Notes under the pieces: model-generated
The model's input: the letters and a program-made list of their open reading frames with translations, nothing else
The model's database searches: none
What the model was told of the DNA's origin: nothing
Assembly: GCA_017451425.1 (NCBI GenBank)
Contig: JAFSPP010000011.1
Location: 26,510 to 90,509 of the forward strand
Length of the DNA stretch: 64,000 bases
Origin: Clostridia bacterium
Lineage (GTDB): Bacteria > Bacillota > Clostridia > Oscillospirales > Acutalibacteraceae
Direction: 5' to 3'
Made by a program: the position numbers and the translations under genes
Part shown: one piece after another, positions 23,659 to 35,098 of the stretch
Numbering within the stretch: the stretch's first letter is position 1
How the letters are laid out: each line of letters starts with the position of its first letter

Positions 23659-25083
23659 ATGGGTGGATTTTTCGGAGCTGTATCTTCATCGGACGTACTG
23701 CTCGATGTATTTTTCGGTACAGACTATCACTCACATCTCGGCACACGCCGCGGCGGACTCGCGGCTTATGACCCCGGAAAGGGCCTTCAGCGCGAGATTC
23801 ACAATATTGAAAACTCTCCCTTCAGAACGAAGTTTGAAGATATCTTCGACGAGATGAAGGGTTCATCATGCATAGGCTGTATCAGCGACTATGACCCTCA
23901 GCCTCTGCTTATGCGCTCAAAGTTCGGCGCTTACGCTATCTGTATGGTCGGTGTCGTAAACAACAAGGACGCCTTAATCAAGCAGTATCTTGAGACCACG
24001 GGTGGACACTTCGGCGCCATGACGGGCGGTCTTGTAAACACGACTGAACTCGTGGCTGCCATCATAAACCTTCAGGACGACTTTATCTCGGGTATAAAAC
24101 TGGCTCAGGACATCATCGACGGCACAGCCTCAATCCTGATCCTCAAAGAGGGCGGGGAACTCATCGCCGCCCGCGACAAGTTCGGCAGACTTCCCGTACT
24201 TCTCGGCAAAAAGGATACCGGCTATGCCGTCTCATTTGAGTCTTTCGCCTTTGAGAAGGTCGGCTATGAGTCCTGCTATGAACTCGGCCCCGGAGAGATA
24301 GTCTCCGTGACAACTTCGGGTTATAAGGTTGAGCGTCCTGCATTGCCAAAGATGCGTATCTGCTCATTCCTCTGGTCATACTATGGCTATCCGAACTCCG
24401 TATATGAGGGAGTCAATGTTGAAATCATGCGTTACTTAAACGGCAAACGCATGGCTGAGAACGACATGGAGAACGGTGAACTGCCGGCTGTGGACTTTGT
24501 CTGCGGCGTGCCGGACTCGGGCACGCCGCACGCAATAGGCTATTCGCATAAGAGCGGCATTAACTTCGCGCGTGCATTTATCAAGTACACTCCGACCTGG
24601 CCGCGCAGCTTCATGCCGCAGAACCAGGATCAGCGCGACATAGTCGCGAAGATGAAGCAGATTCCGGTAAAGGAACTCATCAAGGGCAAGAACCTCATGT
24701 TTGTCGATGACTCTATAGTCCGCGGCACGCAGATGAGAGAGACGGTCGAGTTCCTCTACGAGAACGGTGCATCTTCGGTTCACATGCGCTCTGCGTGTCC
24801 GCCGATAATGTACGGCTGCAAATACTTAAACTTCTCACGGTCCACTTCCGAGATGGAACTTATAACAAGAAACACAATCATGGAGATTGAAGGTGAAGAG
24901 GGCTTCAAGCACCTTGCCGAGTATTCAGACGGTAATACCGAGCGCGGAAAGAAGATGCGCGAGGCCATCTGCTCAAAGCTTCATCTCTCATCACTGCAAT
25001 TCCAGACCTTGGATGGTCTTGTCGAATCAATAGGTATCCCTCGCGAAAATCTCTGCACTTACTGCTGGACAGGGGAGGAATAA
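23659..25083 (+). CDS. Amidophosphoribosyltransferase-like protein with a degenerate N-terminal glutaminase domain
   Basis: The PRTase half is intact: PRPP loop [14 protein letters not shown] and Fe-S ligand contexts RICSF, ACPP...YGC and CTYCWTGE. The N-terminus is MGGFFG rather than MCG(I/V)(F/V)G, and I cannot find the Ntn-glutaminase motifs (LQHRGQ, HxRYST, HNGN). A strong RBS (GGAGGA) fixes the start. Confidence 0.75.
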   Translation: MGGFFGAVSSSDVLLDVFFGTDYHSHLGTRRGGLAAYDPGKGLQREIHNIENSPFRTKFEDIFDEMKGSSCIGCISDYDPQPLLMRSKFGAYAICMVGVVNNKDALIKQYLETTGGHFGAMTGGLVNTTELVAAIINLQDDFISGIKLAQDIIDGTASILILKEGGELIAARDKFGRLPVLLGKKDTGYAVSFESFAFEKVGYESCYELGPGEIVSVTTSGYKVERPALPKMRICSFLWSYYGYPNSVYEGVNVEIMRYLNGKRMAENDMENGELPAVDFVCGVPDSGTPHAIGYSHKSGINFARAFIKYTPTWPRSFMPQNQDQRDIVAKMKQIPVKELIKGKNLMFVDDSIVRGTQMRETVEFLYENGASSVHMRSACPPIMYGCKYLNFSRSTSEMELITRNTIMEIEGEEGFKHLAEYSDGNTERGKKMREAICSKLHLSSLQFQTLDGLVESIGIPRENLCTYCWTGEE

Positions 25084-25084
25084 T

Positions 25085-26134
25085 ATGGAAAACTCAAGAT
25101 CTGACGCATACGCCTCCGCAGGCGTTGATATTACGGCCGGCTACAAGGCTGTTGAGCTTATGAAGGCACATGTCGCCAAGACAATGACTTCCGGCGCAAT
25201 CGGTGCCATAGGCGGCTTCGGCGGCCTCTTCGAGCTTAATATGACCGGTATAACGAAACCGGTACTCGTTTCAGGCACCGATGGCGTGGGAACAAAGCTT
25301 AAGATAGCTTTCCTCATGGACAAGCACGACACGGTCGGCATTGACTGCGTCGCCATGTGTGTAAACGACATAATCTGCTGCGGCGCGAAGCCCCTTCTTT
25401 TCCTGGACTACATCGCCTGTGGCAAGAATATTCCCGAACGCATAGCTTCAATAGTCTCCGGTGTTGCAGAGGGCTGCGTACAGTCCGGAGCCGCGCTTGT
25501 AGGCGGTGAGACCGCTGAAATGCCCGGCTTTTATCCTGAGGACGAGTACGACCTTGCCGGTTTCTCGGTAGGCTTGGTTGATAAGTCAAAGATTCTTGAC
25601 AACACAAAGATGGAAGAGGGCGATGTAATCATCGCGCTTCCCTCATCGGGCGTTCATTCAAACGGTTTCTCGCTTGTGCGCAAGGTGTTCGACATTGAGA
25701 ATATCTCTGCCGCTGACCTTCGGGCTCCTCTGGATGCCCTTGACGGCAAGTCTCTGGGCGAGACGCTTCTGAAACCCACAAAGATTTACGTAAAACCCAT
25801 GCTCGCACTCTTCGATGCCGTTACGGTCAAGGCTGTTTCGCATATCACCGGCGGCGGATTTTATGAGAACATACCGCGCAGCATTCCGGACGGATTCTGC
25901 GCCTCAATCAAAAAGTCCTCAGTCCGCGTCCTGCCGATATTCAGACTTTTGCAGGAGCGCGGAGGAATTCCTGAGCATGACATGTTCAACACATATAATA
26001 TGGGCGTCGGTATGACCGCTGTTGTCTCCGCCGCCGATGCCGACAAGGCACTGTCGGTACTTCACTCTTTCGGCGAGGACGCCTATGTCCTCGGTACGAT
26101 AGTTAAAGGTTCTGAGAAGATAGTTCTGGAGTGA
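25085..26134 (+). CDS. purM: Phosphoribosylformylglycinamidine cyclo-ligase (AIR synthetase)
   Basis: [44 protein letters not shown] and [11 protein letters not shown]. Confidence 0.9.
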   Translation: MENSRSDAYASAGVDITAGYKAVELMKAHVAKTMTSGAIGAIGGFGGLFELNMTGITKPVLVSGTDGVGTKLKIAFLMDKHDTVGIDCVAMCVNDIICCGAKPLLFLDYIACGKNIPERIASIVSGVAEGCVQSGAALVGGETAEMPGFYPEDEYDLAGFSVGLVDKSKILDNTKMEEGDVIIALPSSGVHSNGFSLVRKVFDIENISAADLRAPLDALDGKSLGETLLKPTKIYVKPMLALFDAVTVKAVSHITGGGFYENIPRSIPDGFCASIKKSSVRVLPIFRLLQERGGIPEHDMFNTYNMGVGMTAVVSAADADKALSVLHSFGEDAYVLGTIVKGSEKIVLE

Positions 26135-26138
26135 TAAT

Positions 26139-26768
26139 ATGAAAGACAAGGTACGTATAGCCGTTCTCGTCTCAGGCGGCGGCACGAATCTTCAGGCGCT
26201 TATTGATGCGCAGATGGCCGGAAAAATCCCTCATGGTGAGATTGTTACCGTAATCTCAAACAAAGAGGGGGCTTTCGCTCTTGAGCGGGCCAGGAATGCA
26301 GGTATTGAGGCCGTCACCATTTTAAAAGCTGACTGCGGCTCAAAAGAGGAGTTCGAGGATGTCATAGGTGACTCGCTCGAATTTCGCAAAATAGACCTGA
26401 TAGTTCTGGCGGGATTCCTCGCTGTCCTCTCCGAGGACTTCGTAAAAAGATTCCCGAACAGAATAATCAATATACATCCCTCGCTCATACCGTCTTTCTG
26501 CGGCGACGGCATGTACGGACTCAAGGTGCACAACGCTGCGCTCGCGCGCGGAGTAAAGGTCACCGGAGCAACCGTACACTATGTCAACGAAATTACGGAC
26601 GGCGGCGAGATAATACTTCAAAAGGCAGTGGACATACTGCCGGGAGACACACCCGCAACTCTTCAGAAGAGAGTTATGGAGGAGGCTGAGTGGAAGCTGC
26701 TTCCGCAGGCCACGGAAATCGTATGTCAGAAAATTTTAAAGGAGATCTCAGCTGATGAATATTTATGA
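26139..26768 (+). CDS. purN: Phosphoribosylglycinamide formyltransferase
   Basis: IAVLVSGGGTNLQALID, IINIHPSLIPSFCG and GVKVTGATVHYV. Confidence 0.9.
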   Translation: MKDKVRIAVLVSGGGTNLQALIDAQMAGKIPHGEIVTVISNKEGAFALERARNAGIEAVTILKADCGSKEEFEDVIGDSLEFRKIDLIVLAGFLAVLSEDFVKRFPNRIINIHPSLIPSFCGDGMYGLKVHNAALARGVKVTGATVHYVNEITDGGEIILQKAVDILPGDTPATLQKRVMEEAEWKLLPQATEIVCQKILKEISADEYL

Positions 26769-27501
26769 GACCATGTCGATGGGCAGCAGAATTCACGGAA
26801 ATGAGTATGTCGGAAGAGGCATAGTCATAGGAAAGACAGCGGACGGCACGAAGGCTGCCATTGCCTACTTCATAATGGGCCGTTCCGAAAACAGCAGAAA
26901 CCGCATCTTCTCCAAAGAGGGAGACAATGTCACGATTTATCCCTTCGACGAATCAAAGGTTTCAGATCCTTCACTTATCATATACAACCCCGTAATGGTA
27001 CAGGGCAATTCAACAATCGTCACCAACGGTGACCAGACCTCTACCATCTATGAGAAACTCGGCTCAGAGAAGGCTGCCGGCAAATGCGGCTGCTACGCCT
27101 TTGAGAAGGCCCTGAAGACCAGGGAGTTTGAACCCGACGGTCCTAACTGGACACCGCGTATCTCCGGCATTGTTGATTTGAAGGACGGAGATTTCACATA
27201 CAAGATGAGTATATTAAAGTCGGCCGATGCAGAGGGCACAGCCTGCAATCGATTCACTTTCGATTATTCTCCGCTTCCCGGACTCGGCCACTTTATTCAT
27301 ACATACGTCTGTGACGGCAATCCCATTCCCACATTCCAGGGTGAGCCGGAGCGCGTAACAATTCCCGATGACATAGATAAGTTCTATGATGATATCTGGA
27401 ACAATTTAAACGCAAACAACAGGATTTCACTCTATGTCAGATACATTGACCTCGAGACAGGTAAGTATGACGACAGGATGATCAACAAGAACAAGAGGTA
27501 A
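26755..27501 (+). CDS. IMP cyclohydrolase, PurO-like (archaeal-type)
   Basis: 248 aa. YVGRGIVIGKTADG...YFIMGRSENSRNR resembles the PurO-type IMP cyclohydrolase family. It sits immediately upstream of an AICARFT-only gene, so purH is split. Confidence 0.65.
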   Translation: MNIYETMSMGSRIHGNEYVGRGIVIGKTADGTKAAIAYFIMGRSENSRNRIFSKEGDNVTIYPFDESKVSDPSLIIYNPVMVQGNSTIVTNGDQTSTIYEKLGSEKAAGKCGCYAFEKALKTREFEPDGPNWTPRISGIVDLKDGDFTYKMSILKSADAEGTACNRFTFDYSPLPGLGHFIHTYVCDGNPIPTFQGEPERVTIPDDIDKFYDDIWNNLNANNRISLYVRYIDLETGKYDDRMINKNKR

Positions 27502-27504
27502 GAC

Positions 27505-28680
27505 ATGAAAGAATTCGAACTCAAATACGGTTGCAATCCCAACCAGAAACCCGCAAAAATCTATATGAGAGACGGTTCTGATCTTCCGATAGATATTCTC
27601 TCCGGCAGACCCGGCTTCATCAATTTCCTTGATGCCTTCAACTCATGGCAGCTTGTTAAAGAGCTCAAAGAGGCTCTCGGACTTCCCGCAGTCACTTCAT
27701 TCAAGCATGTAAGCCCGACTTCGGCCGCCGTCGGAATACCGATGTCCGACACGCTTAAGAAGGCCTGCTTCGTCGAAGACGTGGAGCTGACACCCCTCGC
27801 CACCGCATATGCGCGTGCCCGCGGCACTGACCGCATGTGCTCGTTCGGCGACTGGGTGGCTCTCTCGGACGTCTGCGATGTTGCTACCGCAAACCTTATC
27901 AAGCGTGAGGTCTCCGACGGCGTCATAGCTCCGGGCTTCGAGCCTGAGGCCCTTGAAATCCTCAAGACCAAGAGGGGCGGTAACTACAACATAGTAAAAA
28001 TCGATCCTGATTATGTCCCTGAGGTTCAGGAGACAAAACAGGTCTTCGGTATAACTTTCGAGCAGGGAAGAAACAACTTCAGAATTGATGAGTCCCTTCT
28101 TGAAAACATTGTCACTGCGAATAAGGAACTTCCCGACAGCGCGAAGCGCGACCTTATAATCTCACTCATCACACTGAAGTATACTCAGTCCAACTCTGTC
28201 TGCTTCGCTGTTGACGGTCAGGCGATAGGCGTCGGCGCAGGTCAGCAGTCGCGCGTACACTGTGTGCGCCTTGCAGGCTCAAAGGCTGACACCTGGTTCC
28301 TCCGCCAGTGCGATAAGGTACTCTCGCTGCCGTTTAAAGAAGACATAGGCAGACCTGAGCGCGACAACGTCATCGACGGTTACATCAATCAAAACGAAGA
28401 GGACGTCTGCGCCGACGGTAACTGGCAGAAGTACTTCACTTCACAGCCTGCGCCTCTGACAGAGGCTGACAAGAGGGAATTCCTCTCAAAGCAGACAGGC
28501 GTAGCTTTAGGCTCAGATGCATTCTTCCCGTTCGCGGACAATATCGAACGCGCGAAGAAGAGCGGTGTTTCCTACATCGCAGAGCCCGGCGGTTCAATAA
28601 GAGACGACCTCGTAATCGCAAAGGCCGATGAATACGGCATGACGATGGCATTCACCGGAATGCGTCTCTTCCACCATTGA
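27505..28680 (+). CDS. purH: AICAR formyltransferase (PurH C-terminal-domain-only form)
   Basis: 391 aa. [50 protein letters not shown] and a C-terminal FTGMRLFHH. Confidence 0.85.
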   Translation: MKEFELKYGCNPNQKPAKIYMRDGSDLPIDILSGRPGFINFLDAFNSWQLVKELKEALGLPAVTSFKHVSPTSAAVGIPMSDTLKKACFVEDVELTPLATAYARARGTDRMCSFGDWVALSDVCDVATANLIKREVSDGVIAPGFEPEALEILKTKRGGNYNIVKIDPDYVPEVQETKQVFGITFEQGRNNFRIDESLLENIVTANKELPDSAKRDLIISLITLKYTQSNSVCFAVDGQAIGVGAGQQSRVHCVRLAGSKADTWFLRQCDKVLSLPFKEDIGRPERDNVIDGYINQNEEDVCADGNWQKYFTSQPAPLTEADKREFLSKQTGVALGSDAFFPFADNIERAKKSGVSYIAEPGGSIRDDLVIAKADEYGMTMAFTGMRLFHH

Positions 28681-28716
28681 TCAGATAATTACCCCAGATA
28701 AAGGAGAACTTTACCA

Positions 28717-29955
28717 ATGCTTTTTTTAGATGAACTCAAACAGTACGATGAAGCCGTATTCGAGGCTTGCAACAACGAACTTCTTCGCCAGAAGGGCAAT
28801 ATTGAGCTTATTGCCTCGGAAAACATTGTTTCCAAGGGCGTTCTGCTTGCCATGGGCACTGTGCTTACCAATAAATATTCCGAGGGCTATCCGGGCCACC
28901 GTTACTACGGCGGCTGCCAGTATGTCGACGTTGTTGAGGACCTTGCACGTGAGCGTGCAAAGGAACTCTTCGGTGCAGAACATGCTAATGTTCAGCCCCA
29001 CTCAGGCGTAAATGCAAACCTTGCAGTCATGTTTGCTCTTCTTGAGCCCGGCGACACGGTAATGGGCATGAACCTCGCCCACGGCGGACATCTCTCACAC
29101 GGCTCACCGGTAAACATCTCCGGCAAGTACTTCAATTTCGTATCCTACGGCATTGACGACGAGACTCAGTATATTGATTACGATGAGATGGAGAAGCTTG
29201 CTCTTCAGTGCCATCCGAAACTCATCATCTCAGGCGCGTCTGCCTATTCAAGAGTCATCGATTACAAGCGTATCCGTGAGATATGCGACAAGGTCGGCGC
29301 TTATATGATGGTCGACATTGCCCATATCGCAGGACTTATCGCAGCGGGCGAGCATCCTTCACCGGTGCCTTATGCAGATGCAGTCACGACCACGACTCAC
29401 AAGACCCTCCGCGGTCCCCGCGGCGGCCTTATCCTCTGCAAAGAGGCAATAGGCAAGAAAATAGACAGTGCTATCTTCCCCGGAACACAGGGCGGACCGC
29501 TCATGCACGTTATTGCCGCAAAGGCAGTTGCGTTCGGTGAGGCTTTAAAGCCCGAGTTCAAGACATATCAGCATCAAGTAATCCTTAATGCAAAGACCCT
29601 CTGTGACGACCTTATTGCCGAAGGCTACAAGATTGTCTCAGGCGGCACCGACAACCATCTCATGCTTTTAAACCTCACTCCGTTTAATGTTACGGGTAAG
29701 GAGCTTGAGGAAAAACTTGACCTTGTCCACATTACGGCAAACAAGAATGTTATCCCGAATGACCCTCAGCCCGCAAAGATCACAAGCGGTCTCAGACTCG
29801 GTACTCCCGCAGTAACCACGAGGGGATTCAAAGAGGAGGAAATGCATCTTATAGCCAAGTGGATCAAGGACATCACAGTTGATTTTGAAGGAAACAGAGC
29901 GCGTGTAAACGACGAAGTCAGCGCTCTTTGCGCAAAGTTCCCCATCTATGAATAA
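28717..29955 (+). CDS. glyA: Serine hydroxymethyltransferase
   Basis: [48 protein letters not shown] (PLP Lys) and [11 protein letters not shown]. Confidence 0.95.
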   Translation: MLFLDELKQYDEAVFEACNNELLRQKGNIELIASENIVSKGVLLAMGTVLTNKYSEGYPGHRYYGGCQYVDVVEDLARERAKELFGAEHANVQPHSGVNANLAVMFALLEPGDTVMGMNLAHGGHLSHGSPVNISGKYFNFVSYGIDDETQYIDYDEMEKLALQCHPKLIISGASAYSRVIDYKRIREICDKVGAYMMVDIAHIAGLIAAGEHPSPVPYADAVTTTTHKTLRGPRGGLILCKEAIGKKIDSAIFPGTQGGPLMHVIAAKAVAFGEALKPEFKTYQHQVILNAKTLCDDLIAEGYKIVSGGTDNHLMLLNLTPFNVTGKELEEKLDLVHITANKNVIPNDPQPAKITSGLRLGTPAVTTRGFKEEEMHLIAKWIKDITVDFEGNRARVNDEVSALCAKFPIYE

Positions 29956-29970
29956 AATTTGAGGTGACTT

Positions 29971-31236
29971 ATGAAAATACTCGTAGTGGGCGGCGGCGGC
30001 CGCGAGCATGCAATCATCAAGAAGATTAAAGAGAATCCCGATGTTACTGAGATTTTTGCCCTACCGGGCAACGGCGGCATAGCAGCCGACGCGACATGTG
30101 TCGACATAGCCGCGACGGACATTGACAAGATTGTGGAATTCGCATTCTACAATCGTATCGATTTTGCCGTCGTCGCGCCTGACGACCCGCTGGTTCTCGG
30201 CTGCGTTGACGCGCTCGAGCACCACGGCATACCGTGCTTCGGCCCCGTGCAAAAGGCCGCAATAATCGAGGGCAGCAAGATCTTCTCAAAGAATCTTATG
30301 AAGAAATACGGCATCCCCACAGCGGAATATGCCGTCTTCACTGACAGGGAGGCAGCTCTCAAGTATGTTGAGACCTGCAAGATTCCCATTGTAATCAAGG
30401 CTGACGGCCTCGCGCTCGGCAAGGGTGTTATCATTGCCGAGACCAGAGAGCAGGCCGCTGATGCCGTCAATATGATGATGCTCGACATGAAGTTCGGAAA
30501 GAGCGGTTCACAGATTGTAATTGAGGAGTTCCTTGAGGGACCCGAGGTTACGGTGCTCTCTTTCACGGACGGCAAGACCCTTATCCCCATGATATCCTCA
30601 CAGGACCACAAGCGCGCCCTTGACGGCGACAAAGGTCTCAATACGGGCGGTATGGGTGTTGTGGCTCCGAACCCCTACTACACCAAGGAGATAGCCGATG
30701 AGTGCATGGAGAAAATCTTCCTTCCCACTATGGAAGCTATGAACGCAGAGGGCAGAACCTTCAAGGGCTGTCTCTACTTCGGCCTCATGCTTACGGCTGA
30801 CGGCCCGAAGGTCATAGAGTACAACTGCCGTTTCGGCGACCCCGAGACACAGGTAGTGCTTCCGCTTCTCAAAACCGACCTTCTCACAATCATGAGGGCC
30901 GTACGCTTCGGCAAACTCGCGAGTGTGGATGTAGAATTTGAGGACAAATCCGTATGCTGCGTGGTTATGGCTTCAAAGGGCTATCCCGAGCACTATGAGA
31001 AAGGTTATGAAATAACCTTCGACAACGGCACTGACGGTGTCTACATCGCCGGCGCAAAGCTTGAAAACGGAAAACTCCTCACAAACGGCGGACGCGTGCT
31101 CGTCGCGGTACGCACCGGCGACACACTGCAGGAGGCAATAGACAATGCCTATGCCGCAGTGAAGACTATTCATTTTGAAAATGCATATTATCGCACCGAC
31201 ATCGGTCAGCGTGCGCTGAAGGCAGGAAAAGAATAA
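29971..31236 (+). CDS. purD: Phosphoribosylamine-glycine ligase
   Basis: MKILVVGGGGREHA, PGNGG, KADGLALGKGV, EEFLEGPE, DHKRALDGDKGLNTGGMG, LYFGLMLT and EYNCRFGDPE. Confidence 0.95.
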   Translation: MKILVVGGGGREHAIIKKIKENPDVTEIFALPGNGGIAADATCVDIAATDIDKIVEFAFYNRIDFAVVAPDDPLVLGCVDALEHHGIPCFGPVQKAAIIEGSKIFSKNLMKKYGIPTAEYAVFTDREAALKYVETCKIPIVIKADGLALGKGVIIAETREQAADAVNMMMLDMKFGKSGSQIVIEEFLEGPEVTVLSFTDGKTLIPMISSQDHKRALDGDKGLNTGGMGVVAPNPYYTKEIADECMEKIFLPTMEAMNAEGRTFKGCLYFGLMLTADGPKVIEYNCRFGDPETQVVLPLLKTDLLTIMRAVRFGKLASVDVEFEDKSVCCVVMASKGYPEHYEKGYEITFDNGTDGVYIAGAKLENGKLLTNGGRVLVAVRTGDTLQEAIDNAYAAVKTIHFENAYYRTDIGQRALKAGKE

Positions 31237-34200
31237 TGGTATTTCGTGTATTCGTTGAAAAGAAGCCGCATCTCGCTCATGAGGCCGCTTCACTTAAATC
31301 CGAGATAAACAAGCTTCTCGGCATAAGCTCCGTCACATCCCTGCGTATCGTCAACAGATATGACCTTGAGGGACTTGATGAGGCTACATTTCAGCTTGCG
31401 GTAAAGACCATACTGTCCGAACCGCAGCTTGATGATGTCTGCTTTGAACTTGACGCAGGCACTTGTAAAATGTTTGCCGTCGAGTATCTTCCCGGACAGT
31501 TTGATCAGAGAGCGAACTCCGCGGCAGAGTGTATTCAGCTCGTTGCAAAAGGGGAGAGACCTCTCGTCCGTTCGGCGAAAGTATATCTTCTCGGAGGCGA
31601 TGTTTCCGATTCAGACCTCGAGGCAATCAAGAAATACGTTGTAAACCCCGTAGAGGCCCGTATAGCGTCCCTTGAGAAACCTGAGACACTCGTCATGCCC
31701 ATGGACCTTCCGACAACCGTTGAGACCCTCACGGGCTTCATAGGCTACTCAGATGAGCAGCTCTCTGCATTTGTTGCGGAAAAAGGTCTTGCAATGGACT
31801 TTGACGACATAAAGTTCTGCCAGGACTATTTCAAGAGCGAGCAGCGCGACCCGACTATCACCGAGATAAGGATGATAGACACCTACTGGTCCGACCACTG
31901 CCGTCACACCACTTTCCTGACAACGGTCGATTCCGTAAAATTTGATGACGCCTTCCTTCAGGAGGCGTATAACAGGTATATTGCCGCCCGTGTCGAACTC
32001 GGCAGGGAGAAGCCCGTAAACCTCATGGACATAGGCACTCTTGCCGCAAAGGTCTTAAAGGCACAGGGCAAACTTCAGAAACTCGACGAGTCTGAAGAGA
32101 TAAACGCATGTACCGTAAAGATGACAATAAAGCATGACGGTGAGGATGAGGACTGGCTCCTTCTGTTCAAGAATGAGACACATAACCATCCCACCGAGAT
32201 AGAGCCTTTCGGCGGCGCCGCGACCTGCATCGGCGGTGCCATTCGTGACCCGCTGTCGGGCCGCGCATACGTCTACGCCGCAATGCGCGTGACGGGCGCA
32301 GCAGACCCGACAAGACCGCTCTCCGAGACGATGCAGGGCAAGCTTCCCCAGAGGAAGCTTGTTACAACTGGAGCCAACGGTTATTCCTCATACGGCAACC
32401 AGATAGGTCTTGCGACCGGTCAGGTAGATGAACTCTACCATGACGGCTATGCCGCAAAGCGTATGGAAATCGGCGCAGTTGTAGCCGCGGCACCGGCTGA
32501 GAATGTCCGCCGCGAAGTACCCGCTCCCGGAGACATAGTAATCCTGCTCGGCGGCCGCACCGGACGTGACGGCTGCGGCGGTGCAACAGGCTCCTCCAAG
32601 TCGCACAACCTTCAGTCCCTTGACACCTGCGGTGCAGAAGTACAGAAGGGTAATGCCCCTGAGGAGAGAAAACTTCAGAGACTCTTTAGGAATCCGACAG
32701 CTTCAAAACTTATCAAGCGCTGCAACGACTTCGGTGCAGGCGGTGTGTCTGTTGCCATAGGCGAACTCGCCGACGGCCTTGAGATATCACTCGACGCCGT
32801 ACCGAAGAAGTATGAAGGCCTCGACGGCACGGAACTCGCCATTTCCGAATCTCAGGAGAGAATGGCTGTTGTCGTTGAACCCGGCGATGCCGATGAGTTC
32901 ATCAGACTCGCAAACTCCGAGAACCTTGAGGCGACTATTGTTGCAACTGTTACGGAGAAGCCCTACCTTACAATGAACTGGAAGGGCAATACCATAGTAA
33001 ATATCTCGCGTGAGTTCTTAAACTCAAACGGCGCAGAGAAACATATTGATATTCATACAGAGGCTCAGGAACCCTTCAGGAGACCTGTCGCAGGTTCCTT
33101 CTCAGACAACTACAGGAAACTTGTCGATGACCTCAATGTCTGCTCAAAGAGGGGACTTTCCGAGCGCTTTGACTCAACAATAGGCGCGGGTACCGTTTTA
33201 ATGCCTTTCGGAGGCAAGTACCAGCGCACTCCCATCCAGGCCATGGCAAACAAGGTCTCCGTGGAGCATGGCGACACGGACACCTGCTCACTTATGGCCT
33301 GGGGTTACAACCCTTATATTATGGAGAAGGACCAGTACCACGGAGCATATCTCTCCGTAGTTGAGTCCATCTCGAAACTCATAGCCACAGGCGCATCTTT
33401 CGAGGATGTTTACCTCACATTCCAGGAGTACTTTGAAAAGCCCGGCAAGACGCCGGAACGCTGGGGCAAGCCGCTGGCGGCATTGCTTGGCGCGTTCTCG
33501 GCCCAGATAGACTTCGGCTGCGCCGCTATTGGCGGCAAGGACTCCATGTCCGGCTCCTTTGAGGACCTCGATGTGCCGCCTACGCTCTGCTCGTTTGCGG
33601 TCACAACCGACAAGATCAGGAGAATAATCTCAAATGACTTCAAGGCCGCAGGCCACCGCGTGCTTGTCGCTTATCCCGATTATGACGAGTACGGTGTGCC
33701 GAAGGCTGAGAGTCTGAAGAAACTCTTTGTCGCAGTCTCTGACCTGATAGGCGAAGGCAGTGTAATCTCCGCTTATACACCCACTTACGGCGGTGTTGCA
33801 GAAGCGGTTTATAAGATGTGCATAGGCAACGGTCTCGGCTTTGACTTTGTCAGCGAGACAAGCCTCGACGAGCTCTTCGGCTATCGCTACGGTGCATTCC
33901 TGCTTGAACTCGATGTTAACGCGGGCATGGTGCTTGAGGCCTCTGACGGTTTCAACGCAAAACAGCTCGGTAACACTATCTTTGAGCAGAAACTCCGCTA
34001 CGGTTCTGAGGAACTTGAACTTTCAGAACTCGACTCACTCTATGAGAACAGGCTTGAGAAGGTATTTGCCTGCAATATAGAGACGGAGGAGAAGGAAATA
34101 CCCGTATTCTCATATGATGAGGAGAAGCGTTTCACATCTCTTCTGAAACTCGATCCGAAGGTGCTCATCCCCGTATTCCCGGGCACAAACTGTGAGATTG

Positions 34201-34949
34201 ATACGGCCAAGGCCTTTGAGGCCGCCGGTGCCGAGGTACAGATCTTCGTCATAAACAATCTCACCCCGAAGGGAATAGAGGAGTCCATTGCGCGCTTTGC
34301 CGACGCAATTGACACTTCGCAGATTATCTTCGTACCCGGCGGAGTCTCCGGCGGCGACGAGCCTGAGGGCTCCGCGAAACTAATTGCTTCCTTTTTCAGG
34401 AATCCCGAGATATCTGCCGCAGTAATGAACCTCCTTGAGAACAGGGACGGCCTCATGGGCGGTATCTGCAACGGTTTCCAGGCCCTTATAAAACTCGGCC
34501 TTGTACCTTACGGCAAGATAATCGAGACTGATGCTGACTGCCCGACACTCTCATACAACGTCATCGGCCGTCACCAGTCCAAACTCGTACGCACAAGGGT
34601 TTGCTCGAAAAACTCTCCCTGGCTTACAAAGGCTGAAGTCGGTCAGATTGTCACGGTTCCCATCTCACACGGTGAGGGACGTATAATCGCCTCAGACGAT
34701 CTTTTACTCGCTCTCGCCGAAAAGGGTCAGATTATGACTCAGTATGTCGACCTTGACGGTAAACCGACTTATGATGTCGCTTTCAACCCCAACGGCTCGG
34801 CGATGGCCGTCGAAGGCCTACTGTCGCCTGACGGCCGCGTCTTCGGCAAGATGGGACACTCCGAGCGTACCGGTACCGGTCTCTACAAGAACGTACCCGG
34901 CGACTTCGATCTCGGTTTGTTCACATCCGCGGTCGGGTATTTTAAGTAA
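31236..34949 (+). CDS. purL: Phosphoribosylformylglycinamidine synthase, single-chain (PurS-PurL-PurQ fused) form
   Basis: 1237 aa. [36 protein letters not shown] and SESQERM. C-terminal glutaminase with GICNGFQAL and a HGEG/HSERT-type triad context. Confidence 0.95.
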   Translation: MVFRVFVEKKPHLAHEAASLKSEINKLLGISSVTSLRIVNRYDLEGLDEATFQLAVKTILSEPQLDDVCFELDAGTCKMFAVEYLPGQFDQRANSAAECIQLVAKGERPLVRSAKVYLLGGDVSDSDLEAIKKYVVNPVEARIASLEKPETLVMPMDLPTTVETLTGFIGYSDEQLSAFVAEKGLAMDFDDIKFCQDYFKSEQRDPTITEIRMIDTYWSDHCRHTTFLTTVDSVKFDDAFLQEAYNRYIAARVELGREKPVNLMDIGTLAAKVLKAQGKLQKLDESEEINACTVKMTIKHDGEDEDWLLLFKNETHNHPTEIEPFGGAATCIGGAIRDPLSGRAYVYAAMRVTGAADPTRPLSETMQGKLPQRKLVTTGANGYSSYGNQIGLATGQVDELYHDGYAAKRMEIGAVVAAAPAENVRREVPAPGDIVILLGGRTGRDGCGGATGSSKSHNLQSLDTCGAEVQKGNAPEERKLQRLFRNPTASKLIKRCNDFGAGGVSVAIGELADGLEISLDAVPKKYEGLDGTELAISESQERMAVVVEPGDADEFIRLANSENLEATIVATVTEKPYLTMNWKGNTIVNISREFLNSNGAEKHIDIHTEAQEPFRRPVAGSFSDNYRKLVDDLNVCSKRGLSERFDSTIGAGTVLMPFGGKYQRTPIQAMANKVSVEHGDTDTCSLMAWGYNPYIMEKDQYHGAYLSVVESISKLIATGASFEDVYLTFQEYFEKPGKTPERWGKPLAALLGAFSAQIDFGCAAIGGKDSMSGSFEDLDVPPTLCSFAVTTDKIRRIISNDFKAAGHRVLVAYPDYDEYGVPKAESLKKLFVAVSDLIGEGSVISAYTPTYGGVAEAVYKMCIGNGLGFDFVSETSLDELFGYRYGAFLLELDVNAGMVLEASDGFNAKQLGNTIFEQKLRYGSEELELSELDSLYENRLEKVFACNIETEEKEIPVFSYDEEKRFTSLLKLDPKVLIPVFPGTNCEIDTAKAFEAAGAEVQIFVINNLTPKGIEESIARFADAIDTSQIIFVPGGVSGGDEPEGSAKLIASFFRNPEISAAVMNLLENRDGLMGGICNGFQALIKLGLVPYGKIIETDADCPTLSYNVIGRHQSKLVRTRVCSKNSPWLTKAEVGQIVTVPISHGEGRIIASDDLLLALAEKGQIMTQYVDLDGKPTYDVAFNPNGSAMAVEGLLSPDGRVFGKMGHSERTGTGLYKNVPGDFDLGLFTSAVGYFK

Positions 34950-34965
34950 ATATAGACAAAAAGAG

Positions 34966-34996
34966 GAGCCCGCATCGCGCGGGCTCTGCTTTTTTG
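34966..34996 (+). terminator. Rho-independent terminator of the pur operon
   Basis: GAGCCCGC (34966-34973) pairs with GCGGGCTC (34979-34986), followed by TGCTTTTTTG. Confidence 0.7.
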
Positions 34997-35011
34997 TATA
35001 AAATTCAGGAA

Positions 35012-35075
35012 TTTTTGAATATTATGCAAAAATATGTTGACTTTATGCAGGTATGCGCTTATAATTATGCACATA
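35012..35075 (+). promoter_or_regulatory. arg operon promoter overlapped by three phased ARG-box-like (ArgR/AhrC) operator repeats
   Basis: TTGACT (35037-35042), a 17-nt spacer, then TATAAT (35060-35065). TTATGCA recurs at 35022, 35043 and 35065 (21- and 22-nt spacing). The first box, TTTGAATATTATGCAAAA, closely resembles the Firmicute ARG box (TGAATAxxxATGCA). Confidence 0.55.
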
Positions 35076-35098
35076 TTAAAGAAATGAGGCGCGAAACA

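Noticed and set aside
34994-35098. A 35-codon N-terminal extension of argG ([14 protein letters not shown]...).
   Set aside because: It overlaps the predicted promoter and ARG boxes and has no RBS. The conserved ArgG N-terminus ([14 protein letters not shown]) follows ATG 35099, which has a GAGG RBS.
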